Source: an uncultured delta proteobacterium
Lineage (GTDB): Bacteria > Myxococcota_A > Polyangia > Haliangiales > Haliangiaceae
Direction: 5' to 3'
NCBI GenBank assembly: GCA_963848295.1
Contig: CAWKDB010000002.1
Coordinates: forward strand, 320,001-384,000
DNA: 64,000 nt
Shown here: positions 35,863 to 45,562 of the stretch, piece by piece
Layout of the letters: each line of letters starts with the position of its first letter
Position numbering within the stretch: the stretch's first letter is position 1
Made by a program: the position numbers and the translations under genes
Notes under the pieces: model-generated
What the model was told of the DNA's origin: nothing
Database searches by the model: none
What the model saw: only the letters and a program-made list of their open reading frames with translations

Positions 35863-37599
35863 GTGGGTCGCATCGCCATCGCGTCGTGGGTGATCGCTGG
35901 TGTGATGCTCGTCGCTGCCGGCTGCGGTGGCACGCCGACCTGCAGCGGCGCCGGGGTCGCGTGCGCCGGCTCGTGCGTCGACTTGACGCTCGATCATGGC
36001 AACTGCGGGGCGTGCGGCAACGCGTGCGCCGACGGCGACTACTGCAGCGTCGGCGCGTGCGCCGCGAACTGCCTCGCGGGCTTGACCGCCTGCAACGGCG
36101 AGTGCGTCGACGAGACCGGCGATCACGACAACTGCGGCGCCTGCGGTAACGCGTGCGCGACCGGCGAGGTGTGCTCCGACAGCGCGTGCTCGACGAGCTG
36201 CGGGTCGTTGACCGAGTGCACTGATCACTGCTCCGACACGCAGACCAGCAACGACGACTGCGGTACGTGCGGCAACGCGTGCCCGCGCGGCGAGTTCTGC
36301 TCCGCCGGCGCGTGCACGTCGTCGAACATCAAGCACGTCGTGCTGATCGTCGAGGAGAACCACACGTTCGAGAACTACTTCGGTAACTACTGCAAGGCCG
36401 CCGCCGGCTCGAGCCCGAGCTGCACCGCCGGGCCCGAGTGCTGCGAGGCGGCGCCGGCGACGGATCCCTCGGGTGCCGCGCCGATCGTGCTCGACGACGC
36501 GAGCAACGAGATCTACGACCGCGATCACGACGAGGTCTGCGAGGTCGCGCAGATCGACGGCGGCGCGATGGATCACTACGTCGTCGGTTCGGGCGTGGTC
36601 ACGCCGTTCCCCGAGTCGGTCTACACCTACGACTGCTCCGATCCGAACAACTGGGCGGTCGCCGCCGCGACCAGCGTGCAGGCGTACTGGACCTACGCCG
36701 ATCAGTTCGCGCTCGCCGACCGCTACTTCCAGCCGACCGTCGGCAGTACGTCGTCAAACGACATGTACCTCGCGGTCGCGCAGTGGCAGTTCGTCGACAA
36801 CACCGATCGCCCGTTCACGATCGGCAGCGGTTGCCTCGGGCCGGGCGGCCAACCGACGGTGTTCGGCGATGTCGCGACCGTCGCCGACGTGCTCGTGGGC
36901 ATGGGCTTCTCGTTCAAGATGTACGCCGATGGCTACGCCGACGCGGTCGCCTCCGCCCCGATGTGCGCGTCGGCGGTCGGCACGTTCCCGGCCGACTGCG
37001 AAGCGACCGAGATGACGTCGGCGTACAGCACGTGCAACTACGATCCGTCGGACCTGCCGTTCAACTACTACAAGCAGTGGGGCGATAATGCGATGTCCCT
37101 CGTCGACTTCTCGCAGTTCGCGACCGACGTCGCGGCGAATCAGCTGCCGAGCTTTTCGTACCTCAAAGCGCGGACGTATCGCAACGAGCACCCGAAGTGG
37201 TCGACGCTCGCGCGCGGCGTGTCGTTCGTCACCGGCGTCGTCGACATGCTCCAGAGCTCGAGCTACGCGAACGACACGTTGATCTTGCTCGTGTGGGACG
37301 AAGGCGGCGGGTTCTACGACCACGTGCCACCTCCACCCGCGGTCGCGACCCGCTACGACGCCGACTCCGCCGGCAACGCGATCCCGTACGGCACGCGCGT
37401 GCCGATGCTCGCGCTCGGCCCGTTCGCGAAGCCCGGCGAGGTGTCGCACGAGCCGATGGAACACTCGTCGATCGTGCGCTTCCTCGAGTACAACTTCCTC
37501 GGGCCGCGCTACGCCGGCGCGCTCGGCCACCGCGACGCGGTCGTCAATAACATCGGCAGCCTGCTCGACCCCGCGCAAACCGGCATCGTCGTGCCGTGA
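35863..37599 (+). CDS. Phosphoesterase / phospholipase C family lipoprotein with N-terminal Cys-rich repeats
   Basis: AAGC lipobox; three D..(N/D)CG.CGNAC repeats; IKHVVLIVEENHTFENYFG, WDEGGGFYDHVPPP, GTRVP and HSSIVRFLE. Confidence 0.85.
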   Translation: MGRIAIASWVIAGVMLVAAGCGGTPTCSGAGVACAGSCVDLTLDHGNCGACGNACADGDYCSVGACAANCLAGLTACNGECVDETGDHDNCGACGNACATGEVCSDSACSTSCGSLTECTDHCSDTQTSNDDCGTCGNACPRGEFCSAGACTSSNIKHVVLIVEENHTFENYFGNYCKAAAGSSPSCTAGPECCEAAPATDPSGAAPIVLDDASNEIYDRDHDEVCEVAQIDGGAMDHYVVGSGVVTPFPESVYTYDCSDPNNWAVAAATSVQAYWTYADQFALADRYFQPTVGSTSSNDMYLAVAQWQFVDNTDRPFTIGSGCLGPGGQPTVFGDVATVADVLVGMGFSFKMYADGYADAVASAPMCASAVGTFPADCEATEMTSAYSTCNYDPSDLPFNYYKQWGDNAMSLVDFSQFATDVAANQLPSFSYLKARTYRNEHPKWSTLARGVSFVTGVVDMLQSSSYANDTLILLVWDEGGGFYDHVPPPPAVATRYDADSAGNAIPYGTRVPMLALGPFAKPGEVSHEPMEHSSIVRFLEYNFLGPRYAGALGHRDAVVNNIGSLLDPAQTGIVVP

Positions 37600-37638
37600 C
37601 GGTCGCCTTTGCGAGCGCCGTGCGGTATCCATCGTGAG

Positions 37639-38552
<914 letters not shown>

Positions 38553-38556
<4 letters not shown>

Positions 38557-38960
38557 TCGAGCTCGTCCGAGCATCGCTCGCCGACGTTGCGTTCGCGCGC
38601 GAGCTGTTCGAGCTGACGGCGGACGCCGCGAGCTTCGCGACCGAGCTCGTGCTCGACGACGCCGAGCTCGTCGTCGCGGCGGGCCAGCGCGTCGGCTGGG
38701 TGCAGAGCTCGGTGCACGGCAACGCAATCCATCTCGCGCAACTCCACATCGCACCGGCGTGGCGCGGCCGCGGCATCGGGCGCGCCGTCGTCGACCGCGT
38801 GATCGAGCGTGCGCACACCGCCCAGCGCGATGTCACGCTCGCGGTGCACGCCGCGAGCCCGGCGCGCCGGCTGTACGAGCGCCTCGGGTTTCAGCTCGAT
38901 GTCGCGACCGCGCCGTCCGGCGACACGATCTACCTGCGGCGTCAGCGGACGAGCGTGTAG
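38553..38960 (+). CDS. GNAT family N-acetyltransferase
   Basis: WRGRGIGR motif A and ARRLYERLGF; ATGA overlap with lipA. Confidence 0.85.
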
Positions 38961-39685
38961 ACCAGCCTGGCGATCAACCCACCCGAGACGACGAGCACCG
39001 CGATGCGCACGACCCGCGTCCCCCCGGACATCGCGAACCGCGCGCCGATCGTGCCGCCGACGAGCTGAGCGACCGCCATCGCGAGCGAGGCCTCCCAGAT
39101 GATCACGCCCTGACGAGCGAACGTCGCAAACGCCGCGAGGTTCGCGGCAAAGTTGACGACCTTCGCGTCGGCGCTCGCGTCGACCAGGTTGCGCCCGCAT
39201 AGCGCGACGAACCCGACGATCAGGAACGTGCCGGTCCCGGGGCCGAAGAACCCGTCGTACGCCCCGATCACGACCGCGAGCACCGCCGCGGCCCAGGCGC
39301 GCTTCGGGGTCGCCGGATCGCCGCTCGGCTTCTTGACGACGACGAGCACCGCGGCGCCGACCAGCAACGCGATGATGATCGGATCGAGCGTCCTGGCCGG
39401 GATCGCGAGCACGAGGTTGACGCCGACGAGCGATCCGGCGAAGCCGAGCGGGAACGCGTAGAGCGCTTGCTTGCGATCGACGCGCCCGGCGCGCCAGAAC
39501 GCGAGCAACGCCGCGCCCGAGCCCCACACCGACTGGCCCTTGTTCGTCCCGAGCGCGACGTGGGGCGGCAGACCGGCCGCGAGCAACGCCGGCACCGTGA
39601 CGAGGCCGCCGCCGCCGGCGATAGCATCGACCGTGCCCGCGAACAGCGCGGCCACGGCGAGCAGCGCGATCGTCGCGGGAGGCAT
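38942..39685 (-). CDS. TauE/SafE (TSUP, YfcA-like) membrane transporter
   Basis: VDAIAGGGGL, ALGTNK and YDGFFGPGTG. Confidence 0.92.
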   Translation of the reverse strand: MPPATIALLAVAALFAGTVDAIAGGGGLVTVPALLAAGLPPHVALGTNKGQSVWGSGAALLAFWRAGRVDRKQALYAFPLGFAGSLVGVNLVLAIPARTLDPIIIALLVGAAVLVVVKKPSGDPATPKRAWAAAVLAVVIGAYDGFFGPGTGTFLIVGFVALCGRNLVDASADAKVVNFAANLAAFATFARQGVIIWEASLAMAVAQLVGGTIGARFAMSGGTRVVRIAVLVVSGGLIARLVYTLVR

Positions 39686-39691
39686 CGCGCC

Positions 39692-39708
39692 ACCTTACAT
39701 CGTAGACT
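39692..39708. promoter_or_regulatory. Back-to-back -10-like boxes in a 29-bp divergent gap
   Basis: TAAGGT (minus, 39692-39697) is 6 nt from ATG 39685; TAGACT (plus, 39703-39708) is 6 nt from ATG 39715. Confidence 0.6.
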
Positions 39709-39714
39709 GAAGAG

Positions 39715-40635
39715 ATGGAGCTAACCGTCGTCGGCGCCGGCGTGATCGGCCTGACGACCGCGCAGGTGCTCGAGCAGCGCGGCCATCGCGTCTCGATCGT
39801 CGCGGCGGCGCAGCGCGGCGGCACGACGTCGGCGATCGCTGGTGCGGTGTGGTTTCCGTATCGCGTCGGGCCGCGGGAGAAGGTGGCGTTGTGGGCCGCA
39901 CGCACGCGCGAGTGGCTGAGCGAGATCGCGGCGTCGACGCCCGAGGCGGGCGTGGACATGCTGACCGGCTTCGAGGTCGTGCCGAGCGACGAGCGACCCT
40001 GGTGGGCCCTCGGCGACGACGTGCGACGCGTCCCTGCGCCGATGACCGGCGCGCCGATGGCATGGCAGTTCTCCGCGCCGCGCTGCGAGCCGGCGCTGTT
40101 CTTGCCGTGGCTCGAAGGCCAGCTGCGCGCGACGATCACGCGCAAGGTCGTCGGCGATCTCGCCGCCGAGCCGGGCGACGTCGTCATCAACTGCACCGGG
40201 CTCGGCGCGCGCGCACTGTGCGACGACGAGGCGCTCGTGCCGTTGCTCGGCCAAGTCCTGATCGCCGAGCCAGGCGAGTTCGATCTCGCGACCACCGTCA
40301 CCGACGACCGCGCCGCCGACGAGATCTTCTACGTGATCCCGCGCCGTGGCGAGCTCGTCGTCGGCGGCATCTCGCGGCTGGTACCGCATGGCGTCGCGCC
40401 GCAAGTCGATCCTGCGATCACGCATCGCGTGCTCGCCCAAGCGCGCGAGCTCGGCGTCGCGATCGGCGCGGTGCGCGACGTGCGCGTCGGGCTGCGGCCA
40501 TTTCGCCCCGAAGTCCGGCTCGAGCGCGACGCCGCGAATCCGCGCATCATCCACAACTACGGCCACGGCGGCGCCGGCTTCACGCTGTGCCGCGGCTGCG
40601 CCGAGCAGGTCGCCGTGCTGATCGGGCCGCCGTGA
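39715..40635 (+). CDS. D-amino acid oxidase family FAD oxidoreductase
   Basis: VVGAGVIGLTTA, VINCTGLGA, VGLRP and HNYGHGGAGFT. Confidence 0.9.
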   Translation: MELTVVGAGVIGLTTAQVLEQRGHRVSIVAAAQRGGTTSAIAGAVWFPYRVGPREKVALWAARTREWLSEIAASTPEAGVDMLTGFEVVPSDERPWWALGDDVRRVPAPMTGAPMAWQFSAPRCEPALFLPWLEGQLRATITRKVVGDLAAEPGDVVINCTGLGARALCDDEALVPLLGQVLIAEPGEFDLATTVTDDRAADEIFYVIPRRGELVVGGISRLVPHGVAPQVDPAITHRVLAQARELGVAIGAVRDVRVGLRPFRPEVRLERDAANPRIIHNYGHGGAGFTLCRGCAEQVAVLIGPP

Positions 40636-40686
40636 ACATCGAGATGTAACACCCGCACGCGGTGGCTTCGCATAGCGTTCGCGGCC

Positions 40687-41058
40687 ATGAAGAGACTCGC
40701 ATTCGCGTTCTTGGCGTTCACCGGCTGCGGCGGATATCACTACGACCTCGCGATGACCGGCACGGCGCCCACCGCGCCGAGCGCTGCGACGTGCGACTTC
40801 AAGGTCGTCGGCCTGCCGCCACAAGTACCGTTCGACGAGGTCGCCACCCTCACCCCAGAAGTCACCATGTTCGGCGCAAAAGCCGCGAGAGATCCATTGA
40901 AGTTTAAGAGCGCCGTCCACGACGCTGTCTGCAAGGTCGGCGGCGACGTCGTGGTGACCGAGGTCAACGGCCAAGGTGTGTACGTCCGCGGCACCGTGTT
41001 GCGGCTCAAGCAAGCTGCCGCGATCACCGCCGACGTACCCGCGGGTCCGCAGATCTAA
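40687..41058 (+). CDS. Hypothetical lipoprotein
   Basis: AFTGC lipobox; C.VGGD.V motif. Confidence 0.65.
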   Translation: MKRLAFAFLAFTGCGGYHYDLAMTGTAPTAPSAATCDFKVVGLPPQVPFDEVATLTPEVTMFGAKAARDPLKFKSAVHDAVCKVGGDVVVTEVNGQGVYVRGTVLRLKQAAAITADVPAGPQI

Positions 41059-41068
41059 GCGCTGCTCG

Positions 41069-42487
41069 CTACTTGTGGATGATGCCGCTGTAGTACAGCG
41101 CGACGAACGCGCCGCCGGCGACGAGCAACGCGACGATCGCGTACAGCAGCGCGTTCGACTTCGGCCGATTGCGCGCCACGAGATCCTTGCCGACGACCGG
41201 CGTGTCGAGCCGCGGCGTCTGGTTGGCGTCGGCCTCGGCCTTGTCCGGTTTGGTCTTCGCCTTGCCGGGCGGCTTGGGTTGCGCGACCACGCCGCGCGAC
41301 GTCGCATCGCCCTTCGGCTTGAGATCGTCGCGGACGTGCAGCCGCGTCGGATCGTCGTCGCCGTCGCGCGTCTTGGTCGCCGCGATCACGACGTTCTTGC
41401 CCTTCGCCTTCTCGGGCATCTTCGCATCGATCGCGGTCATCTCTTGCGATTCGCTGAACTGCTGCGCCGACGACCGCGCGACGCCGCCCCGCGGCTCGTG
41501 CATCCGCGGCGGCACCTTGTCGTGCGGTGTCTCCTCCATCGCGAGCACCGACGGGTGGACCAGGCCCTCGGTCAGGCAGCGATCCCACGCCTCGCGCAGC
41601 TGTTGCTCGGCTTCCGACGCATCGCGGAAGCGCGACTTGTCCGACGGCTGGAGCGCGGTCATCGCGACCGTCGCGAGCGGCTCGGGGATCGAAGGATCAT
41701 GGCGGGTCGGCGGCGGCGCGTTGCCTTGCACGACGTAGCTGTTCGTCGTCTTGGTGTCGGGACCCTCGTACGGAATCCGTCCCGACAACAGCTCGTACAT
41801 CACCGCGCCCCACGCGAACACGTCGGCCTGCGGCGTGTACCGCCCCTCGCGGATCGCCTCGGGCGGCGAGTATCCCGGCGTCCCCATGAAGATGCCGACC
41901 TGGGTCAGATCGCTATCGGGCAGCCGCGCGATGCCGAAATCGGCGAGCTTCCAGCGGTTGTCGCCGGCGTGGAGCACGTTCGCGGGCTTGACGTCGCGGT
42001 GGACGATGCGCTGGCGATGCGCGAACGCCAGCGCGGACGACAGGTCGAGCCCGATCTGGACGCAGCGCGCGAGCGGCAGCCGGACGCGATCGAGCCGATC
42101 GGCGAGCGACTCGCCCGGCAGGTACTCGAGCACCATGAACGGCGCGCCGGTGTCCTCGTCGACGCCGACATCGAAGATCGTGACGATCGCCGGATGCGAC
42201 ATCTTCGCGGCGGCCTTGGCCTCGCGTTGGAACCGCTCGAGGAACGCCGAGCGCACGCGCCGCCCCTGCTGCTGCGGCGACATGATCGTCTTGACCGCGA
42301 CCGTGCGATCGAGCAGCGGATCGCGTGCCTTGTACACGACGCCCATCGCGCCTTTGCCGATGGTCTTGATCACCTCGTACCGACCGATCGACTGGCGGCC
42401 CTCTTCGCCAACGAGGCCCATGCCCGGTGGCGCTTCGGCCTTCAGTCGCGTGTTGGTACGCGGGCGAGCTTGGACGTCGTCCGACAT
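41069..42487 (-). CDS. Hanks-type Ser/Thr protein kinase with a C-terminal membrane anchor
   Basis: GKGAMGVV, VAVK, HRDVKPAN, DFG, GTPGY.PPE and DVFAWG; terminal hydrophobic helix. Confidence 0.93.
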   Translation of the reverse strand: MSDDVQARPRTNTRLKAEAPPGMGLVGEEGRQSIGRYEVIKTIGKGAMGVVYKARDPLLDRTVAVKTIMSPQQQGRRVRSAFLERFQREAKAAAKMSHPAIVTIFDVGVDEDTGAPFMVLEYLPGESLADRLDRVRLPLARCVQIGLDLSSALAFAHRQRIVHRDVKPANVLHAGDNRWKLADFGIARLPDSDLTQVGIFMGTPGYSPPEAIREGRYTPQADVFAWGAVMYELLSGRIPYEGPDTKTTNSYVVQGNAPPPTRHDPSIPEPLATVAMTALQPSDKSRFRDASEAEQQLREAWDRCLTEGLVHPSVLAMEETPHDKVPPRMHEPRGGVARSSAQQFSESQEMTAIDAKMPEKAKGKNVVIAATKTRDGDDDPTRLHVRDDLKPKGDATSRGVVAQPKPPGKAKTKPDKAEADANQTPRLDTPVVGKDLVARNRPKSNALLYAIVALLVAGGAFVALYYSGIIHK

Positions 42488-42526
42488 CGACCCACAGGAA
42501 TGCTAACACGCCGGCAACGATCGCGG

Positions 42527-42621
42527 AAAAAACCGGCCCCGAGTCGGTCAATTGCTCGGCTGTCCGGCGAAGCAAGGACGGCCGACTCCCTACGACGAGG
42601 GGCCCCCGGAACGGGGCGGTT
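42527..42621. other. Strongly structured intergenic element (terminator or small RNA candidate)
   Basis: Outer stem 42531-42541/42612-42621; inner stems 42541-42549/42580-42588 and 42556-42565/42576-42585; T6 run at the minus-strand 3' end. Confidence 0.45.
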
Positions 42622-42626
42622 CTGCG

Positions 42627-43571
42627 TTACCTAGACGTTCGGCCGGCGCCCGAGACCTTGCCACCGGCGTCTACCGAGGCGGTCACGAAGGCATTGCCAC
42701 CGATGACCGCGCCCTTGCCGATGATGGTGTCACCGCCGAGGATCGTCGCGTTGGCATAGATCACCACGTCGTCCTCGATCGTCGGGTGGCGGCGTTTGCC
42801 GTGGTCGGGCCGCGCCTCGCCCTGGGGCACGCTGAGCGCCCCTAGCGTGACGCCCTGGTAGATCCGCACGCGGTTGCCGATCAGGGTGGTCTCGCCGATC
42901 ACGACGCCGGTGCCGTGGTCGATGAAGAACGCCTCGCCGATCTCCGCGCCTGGGTGGATGTCGATCCCGGTCCGGCGATGGGCGAGCTCGGTCATCATCC
43001 GCGGCACGACGACCGCGCCTTCGACCAACAGGGCGTGCGCGATCCGATAGACCGTGATCGCGTAGGTGCCGGGATAGGCCATCAAGATCTCGTCGATGCC
43101 GGTCGCGGCCGGGTCGGCCTCGAAGGCGGCGCGCAGATCGACGCGAATCGCCGACCGCAACGCCGGGAGCCGCGCGAGAAACCGATCGGTGATGACGTCG
43201 GCTTTCGCGGTGCACTCGTCGCACTCGAGGTCGGAGCGGCCGAGCGCTTGCTGCCGTTTGTGATGCGCCGCGCGGTAGACCTGGCGATGTAACGCGACGC
43301 GGAGCTCGTCGACGCGCTGGCGGATCAGCTCGCGCAGCTCGACGCGATCGAGGCGCGCGACGTCGGGGCCCGCGTAGCCCGGGAACAGCAACGCGCGACA
43401 CATCTCGATGACGCGCTCGACCTGCGCTTCGGACGGGATCTCGTAGCTGCCGATATGCTGCATCTCGGCGGCCGCCGGATCGAGATACATGTCGAGCAGC
43501 TGATCGGCGACCGCGCCCGACGAGGTCGGCGGGTCATCGACGACGGGCAGCGGCCTGCGATCCGCGGACAT
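42627..43571 (-). CDS. cysE: Serine O-acetyltransferase (long EpsC-like form)
   Basis: DPAA, YPG, YRIAH, TGIDIHPGA, FFIDHGTGVVIGET, YQGVTLGA and RRHPTIED. Confidence 0.93.
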   Translation of the reverse strand: MSADRRPLPVVDDPPTSSGAVADQLLDMYLDPAAAEMQHIGSYEIPSEAQVERVIEMCRALLFPGYAGPDVARLDRVELRELIRQRVDELRVALHRQVYRAAHHKRQQALGRSDLECDECTAKADVITDRFLARLPALRSAIRVDLRAAFEADPAATGIDEILMAYPGTYAITVYRIAHALLVEGAVVVPRMMTELAHRRTGIDIHPGAEIGEAFFIDHGTGVVIGETTLIGNRVRIYQGVTLGALSVPQGEARPDHGKRRHPTIEDDVVIYANATILGGDTIIGKGAVIGGNAFVTASVDAGGKVSGAGRTSR

Positions 43572-43608
43572 CTGCTACGTCTAGCACGCCGCGCGCACGG
43601 TGGGACGC

Positions 43609-44509
43609 TCAACGATCGACGATGGCGACGACCGCCGCGGCGCTCCGGTCCGACGCGGCTTCGCCGAGGACGCGGCCGGCGGCGAGCACGCGCGACCGGC
43701 CGGCGAACGCCGAGATCGAGTACGCCGCCGACGAGCTGCGCGCACACCGCGTGCGGCGCGAACGCGAGCGCCGCTGCGGCACCCGGGTCACCCGCGCGAT
43801 CGGCGGCCGGGTTCGCGATCAGCGTCACGCCACGGCCAGCGGCGACCGGACCCAGCGCGACGAACCGTTCGTGCGGCGAGCGGGGCTCGACGTGCGCGTC
43901 GTAGCCGATCAGCGTCGCGAGCTTTCCGGCCGGAGTGTCCGCGAGCGCCAGCGCGTGCTCGTCTCCGCGCGCGAGGTGCAACGCGCCCGGCGAGCCATCC
44001 TCGAGGCCGGGCACGAGGTTGATCTTGGCGGTGGTCGTGACGAGCCGTCCGTCGGGCCCGAACAGCATCGACGCGTTCGTGAGCTCGCCGTGGCTGCCGA
44101 GCCGCAAGTGCGAGCCGGCGACGACGTAGGCGGCATGGCGACGCGCGAGCGGCCCGAACAGCGCCTTCCACCAGCGCTCGGCATCCGGGGCGAGCGCGGC
44201 GAGTACCGCGTGGCGAGTGTCGAGTAACCGCGTCGTCGCGACGCCGCGGAGCACGGCGAGCGGACGGCGCAGGGCCGCACCCGCGAGCGCGGCCGCGAAC
44301 GTCTTGGCCCGCTTCGCCCTCGCCGAGGCGAGCGCGAACAGGGCGAGGTGGCCGGTGAGCTCGGGCACGACGACGAGCCGCGTGTCGGCCGCGCCGGTGC
44401 TTGCGACCGCGTGGTCGATCGCCTGCTCGATCGCCGCGCGATACGTCTCGCCGGTCGCGAGCATCGCCGCGTCGACCTCGAGCTGGACCGCGATCAGCGC
44501 GAGCTTCAT
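43609..44509 (-). CDS. Nitrilase / carbon-nitrogen hydrolase superfamily protein with an apparent frameshift near 43710 and Gly at the catalytic Cys position
   Basis: IAVQ, VVVPE, N.S.LFGPDG, KINLVP and LIGYDA. Removing one G near 43710 gives ...VLDLAFAGRSRVL... ending at the 43609 stop. Confidence 0.7.
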
Positions 44510-45486
44510 TCGACGGTGCGGGCCTGCCCCGCGCCGGCAGCACCGCCTGCGGTTCCATCATCGTCGGGGGCCGCGCCGGCGCGCGGGGTCGGCTCGGGGG
44601 CGTCGTTGATCCGCGCGATCACGGTGTCGAGCTCCCGCTCGGGGATCGTGATCCGCGTCGGCATGCCGCCGCCGAGCTCGAACAGCTGGACGAAATCCCA
44701 GCCCGAGTCGAACGCCGCCGCGATCGTCAACATCCCCGAGTCGCGGACGATCGCCACCGGCGCCTTGGCCTGGCCCGCGAGCAACAAGTCGGTCTTGTCG
44801 AACTGACCGGCGTGGCCAGCGCTGTCGACGACCGCGACGCGGCCGCGGATCGTGAAGTGTCGCGCGAGGTCCCGGGTGACGACGTCGCGCGCGTCGAACA
44901 GCGCGGCCGCCTCCCTGATCAGATCGTCATGCACGCCCGATTTCAGGCCGCCGACGAGGAACTGCACGACCGCGCGCTTCAACCGGTCATCGCGGAACTT
45001 CGCACGCAGGGCGCGATCGATGCGCCGCGCGATCGGGCCGGGCGTCCCGGTGCGGGTGTCGACGGCGCGCGCGTCGGCGTCGGCCGTCGGATACGGCTGC
45101 TCGCCCGCGAGCACCCACTTCGCCGCGGCGTAGATGCCGTCGAGATCGACGTGCGTGCAGATCGTGTCGATCGGCCCGGTCTGGCGCACGAGCTCGGGGG
45201 TCACCATCTCGGGACACGCACCGTGCTCGGCCTTGGTCGCGAGCACGAACCGCGGATCGCCCGCGAAGTCGACGTGGCGCTCGTGGTCGTGATGGTCGAC
45301 CCACGCGGCGAGCCGAGCGCCGAGACCGTCGATGAACGGCTTGGTCGTCAGCTCGAACGATACGCTGGTGCCGACCGTCGCGGCGAACGCGACGTCGAGG
45401 ACGACCACCCTGCCCTGCAGCTTGTCGGCACGCGGCAACACGCGTGGCGACGCGAAGTAGAGCTGCGGCAACTGCACGGTCTTCAA
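44506..45486 (-). CDS. DHH-like phosphoesterase with apparently permuted motif order
   Basis: VVVLD, then WVDHHDH, then ICTHVDLDG; ARAVD; C-terminal LGGG. Confidence 0.6.
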   Translation of the reverse strand: MKTVQLPQLYFASPRVLPRADKLQGRVVVLDVAFAATVGTSVSFELTTKPFIDGLGARLAAWVDHHDHERHVDFAGDPRFVLATKAEHGACPEMVTPELVRQTGPIDTICTHVDLDGIYAAAKWVLAGEQPYPTADADARAVDTRTGTPGPIARRIDRALRAKFRDDRLKRAVVQFLVGGLKSGVHDDLIREAAALFDARDVVTRDLARHFTIRGRVAVVDSAGHAGQFDKTDLLLAGQAKAPVAIVRDSGMLTIAAAFDSGWDFVQLFELGGGMPTRITIPERELDTVIARINDAPEPTPRAGAAPDDDGTAGGAAGAGQARTVE

Positions 45487-45511
45487 GGGTACCAGTTTCG
45501 CCGCCGTAGCC

Positions 45512-45548
45512 GTGTACGTGCACGTCCACGTGTCACGTGCACGTCCAC
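45512..45548 (-). repeat. Hexamer-periodic repeat, divergent copy D (14 nt after the TPR gene stop)
   Basis: Minus strand reads GTGGAC GTGCAC GTGACAC GTGGAC GTGCAC GTACAC. Confidence 0.65.
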
Positions 45549-45562
45549 GATCTTTCTTGGAG

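Noticed and set aside
42527..42621. SRP (4.5S) RNA or tRNA
   Set aside because: TCCGGCGAAGCA only loosely resembles the SRP loop; the conserved CAGG...GGAAGCAG symmetry and any cloverleaf are absent.
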